Numbered from the stretch's first letter, positions 8,110 through 17,999 are shown. The stretch: DNA of 32,984 bases from Pedosphaera sp. (GCA_031414955.1 JANOQV010000094.1:1-32984); one strand, 5' to 3'. The notes: generated by a model not told the origin, from the sequence alone. Made by a program: numbers and translations.

Positions 8110-9837
8110 TCAGGCCCGCGCCATCTCCAGCACGCGCGCCACAATCTCATCCTTCTTCACCGCCACGAGCGCGCCGCCGCGCGGTTTGAGTTCTACCTCA
8201 CCATTGACCAAAGATTTCTCGCCGATGGCCACGCGAATGGGAAAACCAATCAGGTCCGCGTCCTTGAACTTCACGCCCGGACGTTCGTCGCGGTCGTCGA
8301 GAATCACGTCCAGGCCGGCCGCGCTGAGATCAGCGTAGATCTGCTCGGCCAACTTGAAGACCTCGCTGCCGGGCACGATGCCCAGCGGGGTGACGCACAC
8401 GGTGTAAGGCGCGACGGACCTGGGCCAGATGATGCCGTCCTTGTCATTGCACTGCTCGATGATGGCTTGCAGCGTGCGGGTGACACCGATGCCGTAGCAG
8501 CCCATGTGGGAGAACTTGCGGGAACCATCCTCGGCCAGAAATGTCGCGTTTAACTTCTCGCTATATTTAGTGCCGAGCTTGAAGACGTGACCGACCTCGA
8601 TGGCGCGGCGAATCTTCAACGGCTTGGCGCACTTGGCGCACGGTTCGCCAGCAGAGACCGTGCGGAGATCGCACCACTGCGTGACCTTGATGTCGCGTTC
8701 GATGGAAACGCTGCGCAGGTGGAAGCCGTCCTCGTTCGCGCCCGTCGTCATGTCATTCGCGCCGGACAGACGCTCGTCCGCGAGCACGGCCCATTCGTGC
8801 GGCACGTTGCGCACCGCGCCCAGGGAACCGGGCAGAGCACCCAAACTCTTGAAGTGAGCCAGGTCCGACTCGTTCTTCACATCGGCCGGACGCACTTGGA
8901 CTGCTCCGGTGCGCGCCGCGAGTTTCGTTTCATTCAACTGGTCATCCCCACGAACCAGCACGAGGATCGGTTTGCTGTCAGCGATGAACACAAGCGTCTT
9001 GATCTGACGGTTGGCGGCGACGCCGTAGGGTGCCTTGCTGAGAGCTTCGATGGTGACGACGCCGGGTGTGGAAAACTTTTCGACGGCCGGTCCAAGGTCG
9101 CGGGCGGCGGTCCTGGGGATGCCGCTGGTGGCTTTCTCGATGTTCGCCGCGTAGCCGCAGGCCTCGCAATAGACCACGTCGTTCTCGCCCGTGTCGGCGG
9201 GCACCATGAACTCGTGCGAGTAGTTGCCGCCGATGACGCCGGTGTCGGCCTCGACGGGAAAGTTCTGCAAGCCGCAGCGCGTGAAGATGCGCGAGTAGGC
9301 GTCGTACATTTTCTTGTAGCTCGCCATCGCTCCCTCGTCGCTGGCGTCGAAGCTGTAGGCGTCCTTCATGATGAATTCCTTGGCGCGCATCAGCCCGAAG
9401 CGCGGGCGGATCTCGTCGCGGAACTTCACGCTCACCTGGTAGAAGTTCACCGGCATCTGGCGGTAGGAATTGATCTCGCTGGCCGCGACGGTGGTGATGA
9501 CCTCCTCGGCGGTCGGACTCATCACCCACTCCTTCTTCTGGCGATCACGCACTTTGAAAAGCACCTCAGCCGCCGTCTCGTAGCGTCCGCTCTGTTTCCA
9601 GATTTCCGGCGGCTGGAGCGCGGGCATGAGCACTTCGAGCGCGCCGGCCCGGTCCATCTCCTCGCGCACGATCTTCTCGACCTTGCGGAGCGCGCGGAGA
9701 CCGAGCGGCAGGAACGTGTAGAGGCCGCCGGCCAACTTGCGGATCAGCCCCGCGCGCAAGAGCAGCTTGTGCGAAGTGATCTCCGCCTCGGCGGGAGTTT
9801 CTTTGAGTGTCGGAATAAACGCTTTGGACCAACGCAT
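8110..9837 (-). CDS. proS: Proline--tRNA ligase (bacterial type with INS editing domain)
   Basis: ATG 9837 MRWSKAFIPTLKE; KFRDEIRPRFGLMRAKEFIMKDAYSF, IEVGHVFKLGTKYS, MGCYGIGVTR, DDRDERPGVKFKDADLIG. Confidence 0.98.
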   Translation of the reverse strand: MRWSKAFIPTLKETPAEAEITSHKLLLRAGLIRKLAGGLYTFLPLGLRALRKVEKIVREEMDRAGALEVLMPALQPPEIWKQSGRYETAAEVLFKVRDRQKKEWVMSPTAEEVITTVAASEINSYRQMPVNFYQVSVKFRDEIRPRFGLMRAKEFIMKDAYSFDASDEGAMASYKKMYDAYSRIFTRCGLQNFPVEADTGVIGGNYSHEFMVPADTGENDVVYCEACGYAANIEKATSGIPRTAARDLGPAVEKFSTPGVVTIEALSKAPYGVAANRQIKTLVFIADSKPILVLVRGDDQLNETKLAARTGAVQVRPADVKNESDLAHFKSLGALPGSLGAVRNVPHEWAVLADERLSGANDMTTGANEDGFHLRSVSIERDIKVTQWCDLRTVSAGEPCAKCAKPLKIRRAIEVGHVFKLGTKYSEKLNATFLAEDGSRKFSHMGCYGIGVTRTLQAIIEQCNDKDGIIWPRSVAPYTVCVTPLGIVPGSEVFKLAEQIYADLSAAGLDVILDDRDERPGVKFKDADLIGFPIRVAIGEKSLVNGEVELKPRGGALVAVKKDEIVARVLEMARA

Positions 9838-9848
9838 AAAAATAATTT

Positions 9849-9910
9849 TGCCACAAAGCCGCCGAGGCACAGAACTGGAACTCTCTCTGTGTCTCCGCTC
9901 CTCTGTGGCA
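9849..9910. repeat. Short imperfect palindromic element (CACAGAG-type)
   Basis: TGCCACAAAG...GAGGCACAGA pairs with TCTGTGTCTC...CTCTGTGGCA, filling most of the gap between the FAH gene and proS. Confidence 0.6.
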
Positions 9911-9918
9911 GACGGAAC

Positions 9919-10674
9919 CTATTTAACGGTGTTAACCAGCGGTGCCAATCCTTGAATGCGAACCTCCAAGCGGTCGCCGCTGATGATCGGACCCACCCCG
10001 CAGGGCGTGCCGGTGAGGATTACGTCGCCCGGCAGCAGCGTCATGTTCGTGGAAATGAAACTCACCAGCTTGAAGCAGTCGAAGATGAGCTGGTTCGTAT
10101 TCGAGTTCTGCCGGAGTTGCCCGTTCTGGAAAAGCTGGATGGTCAAATCGTGCGGGTCGAGTTTCGTCTCCACGTACGGTCCGAGCGGGGTGAAGGTGTC
10201 GAACGACTTCGCGCGCGCCCACTGACTCTCGCTGTTTTGTATCGTCCGGTCGCTGATATCTTCCGCCGATGTGTATCCCAGAATGTACCGCGAAGCCGCA
10301 GCAGGAGCCACGTTGCGCACCTTGCGCCCGATCACAATGGCCAGTTCCGCTTCGTAATCCGTGCGGTGAGCGGGAAAAGGAACCTCGATTTTGCCGCCAT
10401 CGGGAATGAGCGAAGTGCTCGCCTTGAACCAGATGAGCGGCTCCTTGGGCAGCGGCTTGCCCGATTCGCGCGCGTGGTCGGCGTAATTCAGCCCCACCGC
10501 GATGACCTTGCTGGGCGCGACCGGCGTGAGCGTGCGTAATCCCTTGCGCGGTGTAGGTTTTTTGTCGAAAGACGGCGAGCCGAAGACATCACCTCGCACA
10601 CGAAAAAGTTCTCCATCCACCACCTTGGCATGGAAAATTTCCTCACCCTTTTGGAACCGACCGATTGCTGCCAT
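9919..10674 (-). CDS. Fumarylacetoacetate hydrolase family protein
   Basis: ATG 10674; PSKVIAVGLNYADH, DYEAELAIVIG, QWARAKSFDTFTPLGP, TLLPGDVILTGTP. Confidence 0.94.
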   Translation of the reverse strand: MAAIGRFQKGEEIFHAKVVDGELFRVRGDVFGSPSFDKKPTPRKGLRTLTPVAPSKVIAVGLNYADHARESGKPLPKEPLIWFKASTSLIPDGGKIEVPFPAHRTDYEAELAIVIGRKVRNVAPAAASRYILGYTSAEDISDRTIQNSESQWARAKSFDTFTPLGPYVETKLDPHDLTIQLFQNGQLRQNSNTNQLIFDCFKLVSFISTNMTLLPGDVILTGTPCGVGPIISGDRLEVRIQGLAPLVNTVK

Positions 10675-10789
10675 AAAGCTGAGAGCTTGTAGCAAACGCC
10701 AAAAGCCCGTCGCAAGCAGGAACTCGAAAACGGAGTGCGATCTTGCACCGGGTGGGACCGAAAGTGGTGGGCGAGACGGGGAGAAGACG

Positions 10790-11180
10790 GAGCGCGCCAT
10801 CCCTGATCGCTGCAGGCGTGGCGCTCCAGGGGACCACCACTTTCAATCGCACCCGGCTCGTTCTTGCAAACGCGGCAGCAACGGTCCCCGAGATTGAACT
10901 GCGCGTCGGCGTCATCGCCCTGGACCACGCGCAGAATCCAGACGGTGGCGGTCGATTCATCCCTCTCCACCACTTACCCTTGCGAATACATCAGGCCAAG
11001 GTTGAATCGAGCCAGTCGGTGATTCTGAACGGCAGCTTTGGTGTACCACGCCATGTCCTGTGCCTAATCGCCGCGACCACCGGACGACAGAAAGGCGAGA
11101 CATACTCGCGCCAGCGTGACCGTCAGCCCCCCTTCGACGGAGGGCGGAGATGCGTCGGATTGGTCACAGTGTTGCACGGC
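10790..11180 (-). pseudogene. Degraded Sel1-like repeat protein (boundaries approximate)
   Basis: Manual minus-strand translation: LAFLSSGGRGD*AQDMAWYTKAAVQNHRLARFNLGLMYSQG*VVERDESTATVWILRVVQGDDADAQFNLGDRC. Two Sel1 repeats with in-frame stops at 11064-11066 and 10974-10976. Confidence 0.75.
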
Positions 11181-11433
11181 GTCAGAGTCCGGAGTGGCGG
11201 GATGAACGTCAGGACGAACACTGTGAGGCCAGAGCATTCCTCCTCAACCGCCGAAAATAATCGCAGTAATACATTGCTATCGGACCAAAAGTGGAGACTC
11301 TGCGGAGGTCTGTTAGGTAGCTTGTCAGTTTCACGGTCTGGTAAATCCTCAGGTGAACTCAGTTCAGTGATGATTCGAAACCCGATGGTCGGGAACAGTC
11401 TGGAAGTCGAGGTTAGCTAGAGGACATCACAAC

Positions 11434-11787
11434 ATGAGTAATAAATTGTTCGTAGGAAATCTTTCCTTCAACACCACGGAAAACGATCTTCAGGATGCGT
11501 TTGCAGCCCACGGCACCGTGCTGGAAGCTAACCTGATGATGGATCGCATGACCGGCCGCCCGCGCGGTTTCGGCTTCATCACCATGAGCACGCCCGACGA
11601 GGCCCAGAAGGCCATCGCGGCGCTGAACGGCAAGGAAGTTGACGGACGCGCCCTCACGGTCAACGTGGCCAAGCCCCGCGAAGAGCGCACGGGCGGCGGC
11701 GGCGGCGGCGGTTATGGCGGCGGTGGCGGCGGTGGCGGTCGTCGCGAAGGCGGCGGTGGCGGCGGTGGCGGCCGCGGCCGCTACTAA
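11434..11787 (+). CDS. RRM-domain RNA-binding protein with Gly-rich tail
   Basis: RNP2 LFVGNL, RNP1 RGFGFITM, poly-Gly C-terminus, upstream AGAGGA Shine-Dalgarno. Confidence 0.96.
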   Translation: MSNKLFVGNLSFNTTENDLQDAFAAHGTVLEANLMMDRMTGRPRGFGFITMSTPDEAQKAIAALNGKEVDGRALTVNVAKPREERTGGGGGGGYGGGGGGGGRREGGGGGGGGRGRY

Positions 11788-11802
11788 TCTTTGGTCTTTC
11801 AC

Positions 11803-11840
11803 GAGCGAGGCCTGGTTATGCCGGGCCTCGCTCTTTTGTT
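11803..11840 (+). terminator. Rho-independent terminator
   Basis: GAGCGAGGCCTGG-TTATG-CCGGGCCTCGCTC stem followed by TTTTGTT, just after the RRM stop. Confidence 0.8.
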
Positions 11841-11913
11841 CTCTACAGCTCTGTCTCTTCATCGGTCTGCGGGACGGCGCGCTTTTTCCGCAGACCGTTC
11901 CGAATGATTCAGA

Positions 11914-12138
11914 ATGAGCGAAACCAAAGAACAACATATCGAAGTGGAAGGCGTCGTGGCGTCCGTGCTGGCTGGCACGATGTTCCGCGTCGAACTGGAG
12001 AACAAGCACGTCGTGCTGGCCACAATCTGCGGCAAAATGCGCAAACGTTGGGTGCGCATCACCACGGGCGACCGGGTGAAGATGGAGATGTCGCCCTACG
12101 ATTTGAACAAGGCGAGGATCACCTGGCGCTTACGCTGA
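11914..12138 (+). CDS. infA: Translation initiation factor IF-1
   Basis: IEVEGVV...FRVELEN.H.VLA.ICGKMRK...[21 protein letters not shown]; 74 aa. Confidence 0.96.
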   Translation: MSETKEQHIEVEGVVASVLAGTMFRVELENKHVVLATICGKMRKRWVRITTGDRVKMEMSPYDLNKARITWRLR

Positions 12139-12161
12139 GGAGACCAGCGAAGCCCGGCCCT

Positions 12162-12572
12162 TTAGACAAACGGCTTGGGCGGTGGTAGTCGGCCCCTGCC
12201 GCCGCGCCGGGGCGAATCCAGTTTGCGCACAAGCGAGAGCGTGGAACTGGTCTTACGCAAACGTGAAGCCAGTTTGACTTTTTCCCCATCCCCAGTCAGC
12301 CGGATCATTGGAACCCCCTCGATCGAACACTCGATCAGTTTAGCCAAACGCAATTCGTTGACTCGCTCTGACGCGATGCGCGGCGTAGTCCAGTAAGTGT
12401 GAATTTCACGCAGGTAGAATCGCAACTCTCCATCGGTCATGGCCCACTCTCTGTCCGCGCTTGGAGCAACGCGAGGGTTATCATCGAATAAATTTAGGGC
12501 AAACCCCACTGAACCTGGTGGGCAGTCCACTTCGCTGTAGCCCTGATTCTTGGGCGCACGATTTTGTGTCAT
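12162..12572 (-). CDS. Hypothetical protein (start uncertain)
   Basis: ATG-started 136-aa ORF filling the infA-infC gap; no recognised motif. Confidence 0.45.
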   Translation of the reverse strand: MTQNRAPKNQGYSEVDCPPGSVGFALNLFDDNPRVAPSADREWAMTDGELRFYLREIHTYWTTPRIASERVNELRLAKLIECSIEGVPMIRLTGDGEKVKLASRLRKTSSTLSLVRKLDSPRRGGRGRLPPPKPFV

Positions 12573-12690
12573 TCCATTTGCACTGCTCGCAGAGCCTGCG
12601 AGACTTCGCCCCTATTCGAAATCGAAGCTTGATTCCAGACGGAGGCGAGAATGATCGCCAATTGATTGAACTCCAGCCTGGGGGCGGCCA

Positions 12691-13287
12691 TTGAGCTACC
12701 CCAGTCGTTCATTCCAGCCGCGTGAGCCGCAGCATCGCCGCAACGGAAAAATACGCGCGCGCGAAGTGCGTGTCATAGACGACAACAAGGAGCAGCTGGG
12801 TGTGCTGCCGTTGGCGGAGGCGTTGCGCCTGGCCCAGACCAAGGGACTGGACCTGATCGAGATCGCGCCCAACGCCACGCCGCCCGTGTGCCGCATCGTG
12901 GACTACGGCAAGTTCCGTTACGAAGAGTCGAAGAAGGAAAAAGACTCCCAGAAAACTTCCGGTAACAAGATGAAGGAGATTCAGCTCAGCGCGGTAATCG
13001 ACCCGCATGACTTCGGGACAAAGCTCGGCCACGCCATTGAGTTTCTCTGCGCGGACATGAAGGTGCGGCTCAAGCTGCGCTTCAAAGGACGGCAGAAGGC
13101 GCACAAGGAGTTTGGCTTCCAAGTGGTGAACAAGTTCGTGACCGATCTGGCCCTTTACGCGCAGGCTGATTCACCGCCGAAGATGCTGGGTGATCGCGAT
13201 CTAAACGTGGTGCTCACTCCGTTGCCTCGGGAGAAGAGGGCGCGCAATCTCGCTTCGGCGGGAACCAAGCCACCAACGGAAGCCTGA
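12691..13287 (+). CDS. infC: Translation initiation factor IF-3
   Basis: NGKIRAREVRVID, GLDLIEIAPNATPPVCRIVDYGKFRYE, MKEIQL...IDPHD, RFKGRQ. No in-frame ATG in the N-terminal half; TTG start at 12691 with an in-frame stop at 12667. Confidence 0.95.
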   Translation: MSYPSRSFQPREPQHRRNGKIRAREVRVIDDNKEQLGVLPLAEALRLAQTKGLDLIEIAPNATPPVCRIVDYGKFRYEESKKEKDSQKTSGNKMKEIQLSAVIDPHDFGTKLGHAIEFLCADMKVRLKLRFKGRQKAHKEFGFQVVNKFVTDLALYAQADSPPKMLGDRDLNVVLTPLPREKRARNLASAGTKPPTEA

Positions 13288-13452
13288 GCTGGAAAACAGT
13301 TGCGGCCGGGGCGATTTCCCCTCTCGCAGAGAGACTCGATCAGGCGAATGCCTTGGTAGAATTTGCCAAGGCCAACAGGTAGGCTCTGCCGTGCCGGAGA
13401 TGCCTCGGATCATTGCTCATCAACTGCATACCCCGGCTTCGCCCAATGCAGT

Positions 13453-14493
13453 TTACCTCCCCGCCCGCTGCTGATGCCGCAAGTGCTTCAGGACGCCGTA
13501 TCCGACCAACTTGCGGCGGCGTTCGTCCCAGAGACGAAAAGTGAAGGATCGAAGACTGGCGAGCAGGGTAATGGGCTTGACCTGCTGAAATAAAGGATCC
13601 GCATCGTGGCATCGTTCCAGATTATAGTTGGGAATGCGCGGACTGAGGTGGTGAATGTGGTGAAAACCGATGTTACCCGAGAACCACTGGAGAATTTTCG
13701 GCAACTTGTAGAAGGAACTGCCCTGCAAGGCGGCAGCAGTGAAGTCCCAGTTCTCCCCTCGTTCCCAATACACGTCCTCAAACTGATGCTGCACATAGAA
13801 TAGCCAAACGCCTGCGCCACCCGCCACTCCGGCGACGATAAGGTGAATGAGCAGATACACTTTCCAGCCAAACGCCAGCGCCAGTCCGACGGACATGCCA
13901 AGGATAGCCAGGTTCATCCAGTAAACCGAATGGCGCTCGCGCCGATTCGCCTGGCTCGTGGGAAATCGCTGCCGGATGATGAACAGGAGGAGGGGCGCGA
14001 TGATAAAAAGGATGATGGGGTTGCGCGCTAGGCGGTAGGAAAACTTTTTCCAGCGAGAGGCTTCCAAATACTCCTGCACGGTCAAAGTCCAGACATCGCC
14101 CGTGCCACGCTTGTCAAGATGCCCCGCGTTGGCATGGTGGATGGAATGCTCCCAGCGCCAGTGATAATAAGGCGTCAAGGTCAGCACTCCCGTAATGAAG
14201 CCGAGGATGTCATTCGCCAATCGGGACTTGAAAAATGAACCATGCCCGCAGTCGTGAAAGATGATAAAAATGCGGACGAGAAAAGCGCCGGCCAGCACCG
14301 CCAAGGGCAGTGTCAGCCACCAGGAAACAGCCAGGCTGAGATACATCAAATACCAGATTGATCCATAAGGAACGAGTGTATTGACGATCTGCCACACGGC
14401 GCGGAGAGGCGATGGCTTCTGGTACCGGGCCACGATCTCCTTCCAGACTTCGGTTCCCGGGTTCCGCGCGGCCTGGTTCAAATCATTTGTCAT
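13453..14493 (-). CDS. Membrane acyl-lipid (fatty acid) desaturase, Bacillus Des-like
   Basis: His boxes RIFIIFHDCGHGSFF, HSIHH and NIGFHHIHH, plus WLFYVQHQFE and hydrophobic segments. Confidence 0.94.
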   Translation of the reverse strand: MTNDLNQAARNPGTEVWKEIVARYQKPSPLRAVWQIVNTLVPYGSIWYLMYLSLAVSWWLTLPLAVLAGAFLVRIFIIFHDCGHGSFFKSRLANDILGFITGVLTLTPYYHWRWEHSIHHANAGHLDKRGTGDVWTLTVQEYLEASRWKKFSYRLARNPIILFIIAPLLLFIIRQRFPTSQANRRERHSVYWMNLAILGMSVGLALAFGWKVYLLIHLIVAGVAGGAGVWLFYVQHQFEDVYWERGENWDFTAAALQGSSFYKLPKILQWFSGNIGFHHIHHLSPRIPNYNLERCHDADPLFQQVKPITLLASLRSFTFRLWDERRRKLVGYGVLKHLRHQQRAGR

Positions 14494-14823
14494 AAGTCAT
14501 GGTGAACGATTAAGGCTCGCTGGTGACAGAACGAAAGCAAAACATTTTCGTGCGCTCCTATTACTTCACCAACGGCAAGAATTGGCTGTCCCACGCCAGG
14601 GCGGGCTAAAGCCAACATCCAGCCCGTTCTCTGCATTTCAGATTTTGCCCGCCCAAAGGGCACGCGGGCGCTGATCCCAGTCAGATGGCGGGGAAACTTG
14701 GAATCCAAATCTGCCAGGCCATTTTCCCTGCTTGTGAAATTCTTGCAGCGACTGTTTGACTGCGGGCCATTCCATGAGAGCATACGCGTCCTTGTTCGCT
14801 TCGTACGTGCAGGAACCAAACAC

Positions 14824-16638
14824 ATGTTGAAATCAAGAGTCAGTCAATCGAGTCGCGTGCCGGTTAAGACATCACGCAGGAAAGTCGGGAAAGTGGCTGC
14901 GGCGGCCAATGCCCGAACCAGTCACGGATCCGCGGGCGCGGCGGCGTCCGTGACTGCGCCCTCCAACCCGCTAGGCCGCAAGAGCGATACTCAGGCCGCC
15001 CGAGAGACGCTGATCTCAGACAAAGTTCGGGAACTGCTGGTCATCGCCAAGGAACAAGGACACCTGACGAGCGATGACATCGATGAAGCGCTGGTGGATT
15101 CCGAAGTCTCTCCGGAAATCCTGGAACAGATCTACGCCAAGCTGAACAACCTCGAAGTCCGGATCGTGGATCAAGACGAGGCCGACGGTGTGAAGCAACC
15201 CGAAGCCGAGGAAGCTGAAGAGGCGGCCAAAGTTCCGTTCGACGGACTGGATGATCCGGTTCGCGTCTACATGCGCCAGATGAGCAAAGTGCCGCTGCTG
15301 ACCCGCGAGCAGGAAGTGGCCATTTGCAAACGCATCGAGGAAGCTGAACTGGAACGGAAAGGAATCCTTTACCGGCTCGGTTTCGCCGCCAAGGAACACA
15401 TCGCCCTCGCGGAAAAGCTGATGGCCGATCCGCCCCGCGAACGTTTTGACCGCGTAATTGAAGACAGCCGATCCGAGGATCGCGAGACCCATTTGAAGAC
15501 GCTGCGCACTCTGGTGAAAAAAGTGCGCGTGCTGGATGAACAGGCGGACGCGAAGTACGAACAATGGAAGGCGGCCCCGTCTGCCGCCGCCAAGGCCAAG
15601 CGCTGGATTGAGTTTCGCGAACTGGATCAGAAACTCCAGAAGTTCTACCCGAAATACCATTACAAGCCCTGCGTGCTGGACGACATGATGCTCGTGGCCC
15701 GCAACGTTCACGACCAACTGGTCAACAGCCGTCGCCTGGCCGCCAGCCTGGCGGCCCATCGCAAAGGCAAGGACGCCCATTCGCTCTCCGGGGCCGAGGA
15801 GCAAAAAATTCATGCGCTCGAAACTTTGGTGCGCCTGCCCGGCGATGAGTATCTTCAGGCCCACAAGGAACTAATCCGCTGCGAAAACGTCATCGACCGT
15901 ACCCGCAAGGACATGGCCGAAGCCAATCTGCGCCTCGTCATTTCCATCGCCAAAAAATACATCAACCGCGGCTTGCCTTTCCTGGATCTGATCCAGGAAG
16001 GCAACATCGGCCTCATGCGTGGCGTGGAAAAATTCGAGTATCGCCGCGGCTACAAATTCTCCACTTACGCGACCTGGTGGATCCGCCAGGGCATCACTCG
16101 GGCCATCGCTGATCAGGCCCGCACCATCCGCATCCCAGTCCACATGATCGAAGTCTTCGGCAAGCTGATGCGCGTGCAGAAGGAGCTGTTTCAGACCTTT
16201 GGCCGCGACGCCACCACCGAAGAACTGGCCGAGGAGTTGAACATGCCGGCGGATCGCGTGCGCGCGATCCTGAAGATGATTCAAAGCCCCATCTCGATGC
16301 AGGCGGCTGTCGGCGACGACGACGCCTGCTTCGGCGATTTCATCGAGGACCATCAGGCGGAAAGCCCTTCGGACCTGACCGCCAGCAGCCTGTTGAAAGG
16401 CAAGCTGACCGAGGTATTGAAGACACTCACCGAGCGCGAACGCCACATCCTGGAGCAGCGCTTCGGGTTGGTGGACGGCTGCCGCCGTACCCTTGAAGAA
16501 GTGGGCGCGCAATACAAAGTGACCCGCGAGCGCATTCGGCAGATCGAAGCCAAAGCACTCCGCAAGCTGCGCCATCCGACGCGTTCGTGCCACTTGAAGG
16601 GTTTCCTCGATGTGCCCGAGGTCTTGATCGCGGCTTGA
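14824..16638 (+). CDS. rpoD: RNA polymerase sigma-70 factor, group 1 (RpoD-like) architecture
   Basis: Region 1.1 ([15 protein letters not shown]), 1.2 ([11 protein letters not shown]), long non-conserved region, region 2 ([13 protein letters not shown]...[12 protein letters not shown]), region 4 (TLEEVG...[20 protein letters not shown]). ATG 14824 chosen as start; may be a paralog. Confidence 0.9.
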   Translation: MLKSRVSQSSRVPVKTSRRKVGKVAAAANARTSHGSAGAAASVTAPSNPLGRKSDTQAARETLISDKVRELLVIAKEQGHLTSDDIDEALVDSEVSPEILEQIYAKLNNLEVRIVDQDEADGVKQPEAEEAEEAAKVPFDGLDDPVRVYMRQMSKVPLLTREQEVAICKRIEEAELERKGILYRLGFAAKEHIALAEKLMADPPRERFDRVIEDSRSEDRETHLKTLRTLVKKVRVLDEQADAKYEQWKAAPSAAAKAKRWIEFRELDQKLQKFYPKYHYKPCVLDDMMLVARNVHDQLVNSRRLAASLAAHRKGKDAHSLSGAEEQKIHALETLVRLPGDEYLQAHKELIRCENVIDRTRKDMAEANLRLVISIAKKYINRGLPFLDLIQEGNIGLMRGVEKFEYRRGYKFSTYATWWIRQGITRAIADQARTIRIPVHMIEVFGKLMRVQKELFQTFGRDATTEELAEELNMPADRVRAILKMIQSPISMQAAVGDDDACFGDFIEDHQAESPSDLTASSLLKGKLTEVLKTLTERERHILEQRFGLVDGCRRTLEEVGAQYKVTRERIRQIEAKALRKLRHPTRSCHLKGFLDVPEVLIAA

Positions 16639-16669
16639 ACCCTTTCGCCCGCGCGGATCGCAAAACCAA

Positions 16670-16891
16670 ATGAGCAACGTCATCTACAAGGAAGTCCGGG
16701 CCGGCAGCACCTCGGCCTGGCGGCAGACGGCCGAGGACCACGCCGCCCAGGGCACCAGCTTTGTGGTGCGGCCATTCCGCAAGGAATTGCACTGGCCCTT
16801 CCTCGAGGAGTTGCGTAATCGCTTCCAACTCGAAGTCCGGTTCAATGCCCTGGAGCGCTCGGCGTATTTCGACGCGCCGCGTCCAGGCTGA
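16670..16891 (+). CDS. Small hypothetical protein (73 aa)
   Basis: ATG-started, GC3-rich codons, fills the gap between two co-directional sigma genes. Confidence 0.6.
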   Translation: MSNVIYKEVRAGSTSAWRQTAEDHAAQGTSFVVRPFRKELHWPFLEELRNRFQLEVRFNALERSAYFDAPRPG

Positions 16892-16964
16892 GGGAAAGAT
16901 TTGCTGCGGCGGCAGTAAATCCTTGCGCAATGGTTTTCGGGAACCGGAAACTCCTCCACTCTAT

Positions 16965-17999
16965 ATGGCCGCCAAGTCGATTCCAAAAAACGGGCGCACT
17001 CCTTCGAGGACCCAATCCTCGAACGCTGCGCCCCGCGCCGCCCGCGCTTCCACCGGCACCGAGTTGAGGGCAAAGCCCAACTCGGAATCCAAAGCCGCCA
17101 AACTCGACCCGGCTCCGTCTGTCCCGCGCAACCTGACCGCTGCCGACGCTCCGCCGCAACCGGAGCGCACCCGCTACGACGGCGACAGCGCCATCCGGCT
17201 TTACCTCCGCGAGATCGGGCAAGTGGCGCTGCTCACCATCGAGCAGGAAAACGACCTGGCGGCGCGCATCAAGAAGGGCGACAAGAAGGCCCGCGAGCAC
17301 ATGATCAAGGCCAACCTGCGCCTGGTCGTGAAAATCGCCCACGACTACGAAGGCTTCGGCCTGCCGCTGCTCGATTTGATCAGCGAAGGCAACATCGGCC
17401 TGATGAAAGCGGTCGAGCGTTTCGACCCGGCCAAGGGCGGCAAGCTTTCCACCTACGGTTCGTGGTGGATCAAGCAATCCATCAAGCGCGCCCTGGCCAA
17501 CCAGTCCAAGACCATCCGCCTGCCCGTGCATCTCGTGGACAAGATTTCCAAGATGCGGCGCGTGGCCATGAAGCTGCAGGAGGAGTTTGGTCGCGAGCCG
17601 ACCGACGAAGAACTGGCCGAGGAGATGGGCATGTCGCCCTCCCGCGTCGCCCAGATGCGCACCGCCGCCATTCGCCCGGCCTCTCTGGACGCGCCGATCG
17701 GCGACGACGACTCGAACAGCTTCTCCGAGGTCATCAAGGATGAGAATGCCGCCACCCCCTACCAGAAGCTGGAGGACAAGACCGTAACCAACATGCTTCA
17801 GGAAATGGTCACAACGCTCGACCAGCGCGAGGCCACCATCCTGCGCTACCGCTTCGGCCTGGACGGCGGCAATGAAAAGACCCTCGAGGAAGTGGGCCAG
17901 AAATTCGGCGTCACCCGCGAACGCGTGCGGCAGATTCAAAATATCGCCCTCAAGCGCCTGCGCAAAATGATCGAGAAGCTCGAAGCCCGGAAGAAATAG
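16965..17999 (+). CDS. RNA polymerase sigma-70 factor, RpoD/RpoS family, short form without region 1.1
   Basis: ATG 16965; DSAIRLYLREIG, ANLRLVVKIA, DLISEGNIGLMKAVERFDP, STYGSWWIKQ, TLEEVGQKFGVTRERVRQIQ. Confidence 0.94.
   Translation: MAAKSIPKNGRTPSRTQSSNAAPRAARASTGTELRAKPNSESKAAKLDPAPSVPRNLTAADAPPQPERTRYDGDSAIRLYLREIGQVALLTIEQENDLAARIKKGDKKAREHMIKANLRLVVKIAHDYEGFGLPLLDLISEGNIGLMKAVERFDPAKGGKLSTYGSWWIKQSIKRALANQSKTIRLPVHLVDKISKMRRVAMKLQEEFGREPTDEELAEEMGMSPSRVAQMRTAAIRPASLDAPIGDDDSNSFSEVIKDENAATPYQKLEDKTVTNMLQEMVTTLDQREATILRYRFGLDGGNEKTLEEVGQKFGVTRERVRQIQNIALKRLRKMIEKLEARKK

Noticed and set aside
8587..10539. 650-aa plus-strand ORF
   Set aside because: Antisense shadow of proS and the FAH gene; no recognisable domain.
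10743..11420. 225-aa plus-strand ORF
   Set aside because: No motif; overlaps the minus-strand Sel1 relic and the RRM leader.
11692..11778. GGC/GGT trinucleotide tract as a contingency repeat
   Set aside because: Encodes the normal Gly-rich tail of bacterial RRM proteins.
13350..13372. Hairpin GCCTTGGTA-GAATT-TGCCAAGGC between convergent infC and desaturase as a terminator
   Set aside because: No T-tract on either strand; not enough support.
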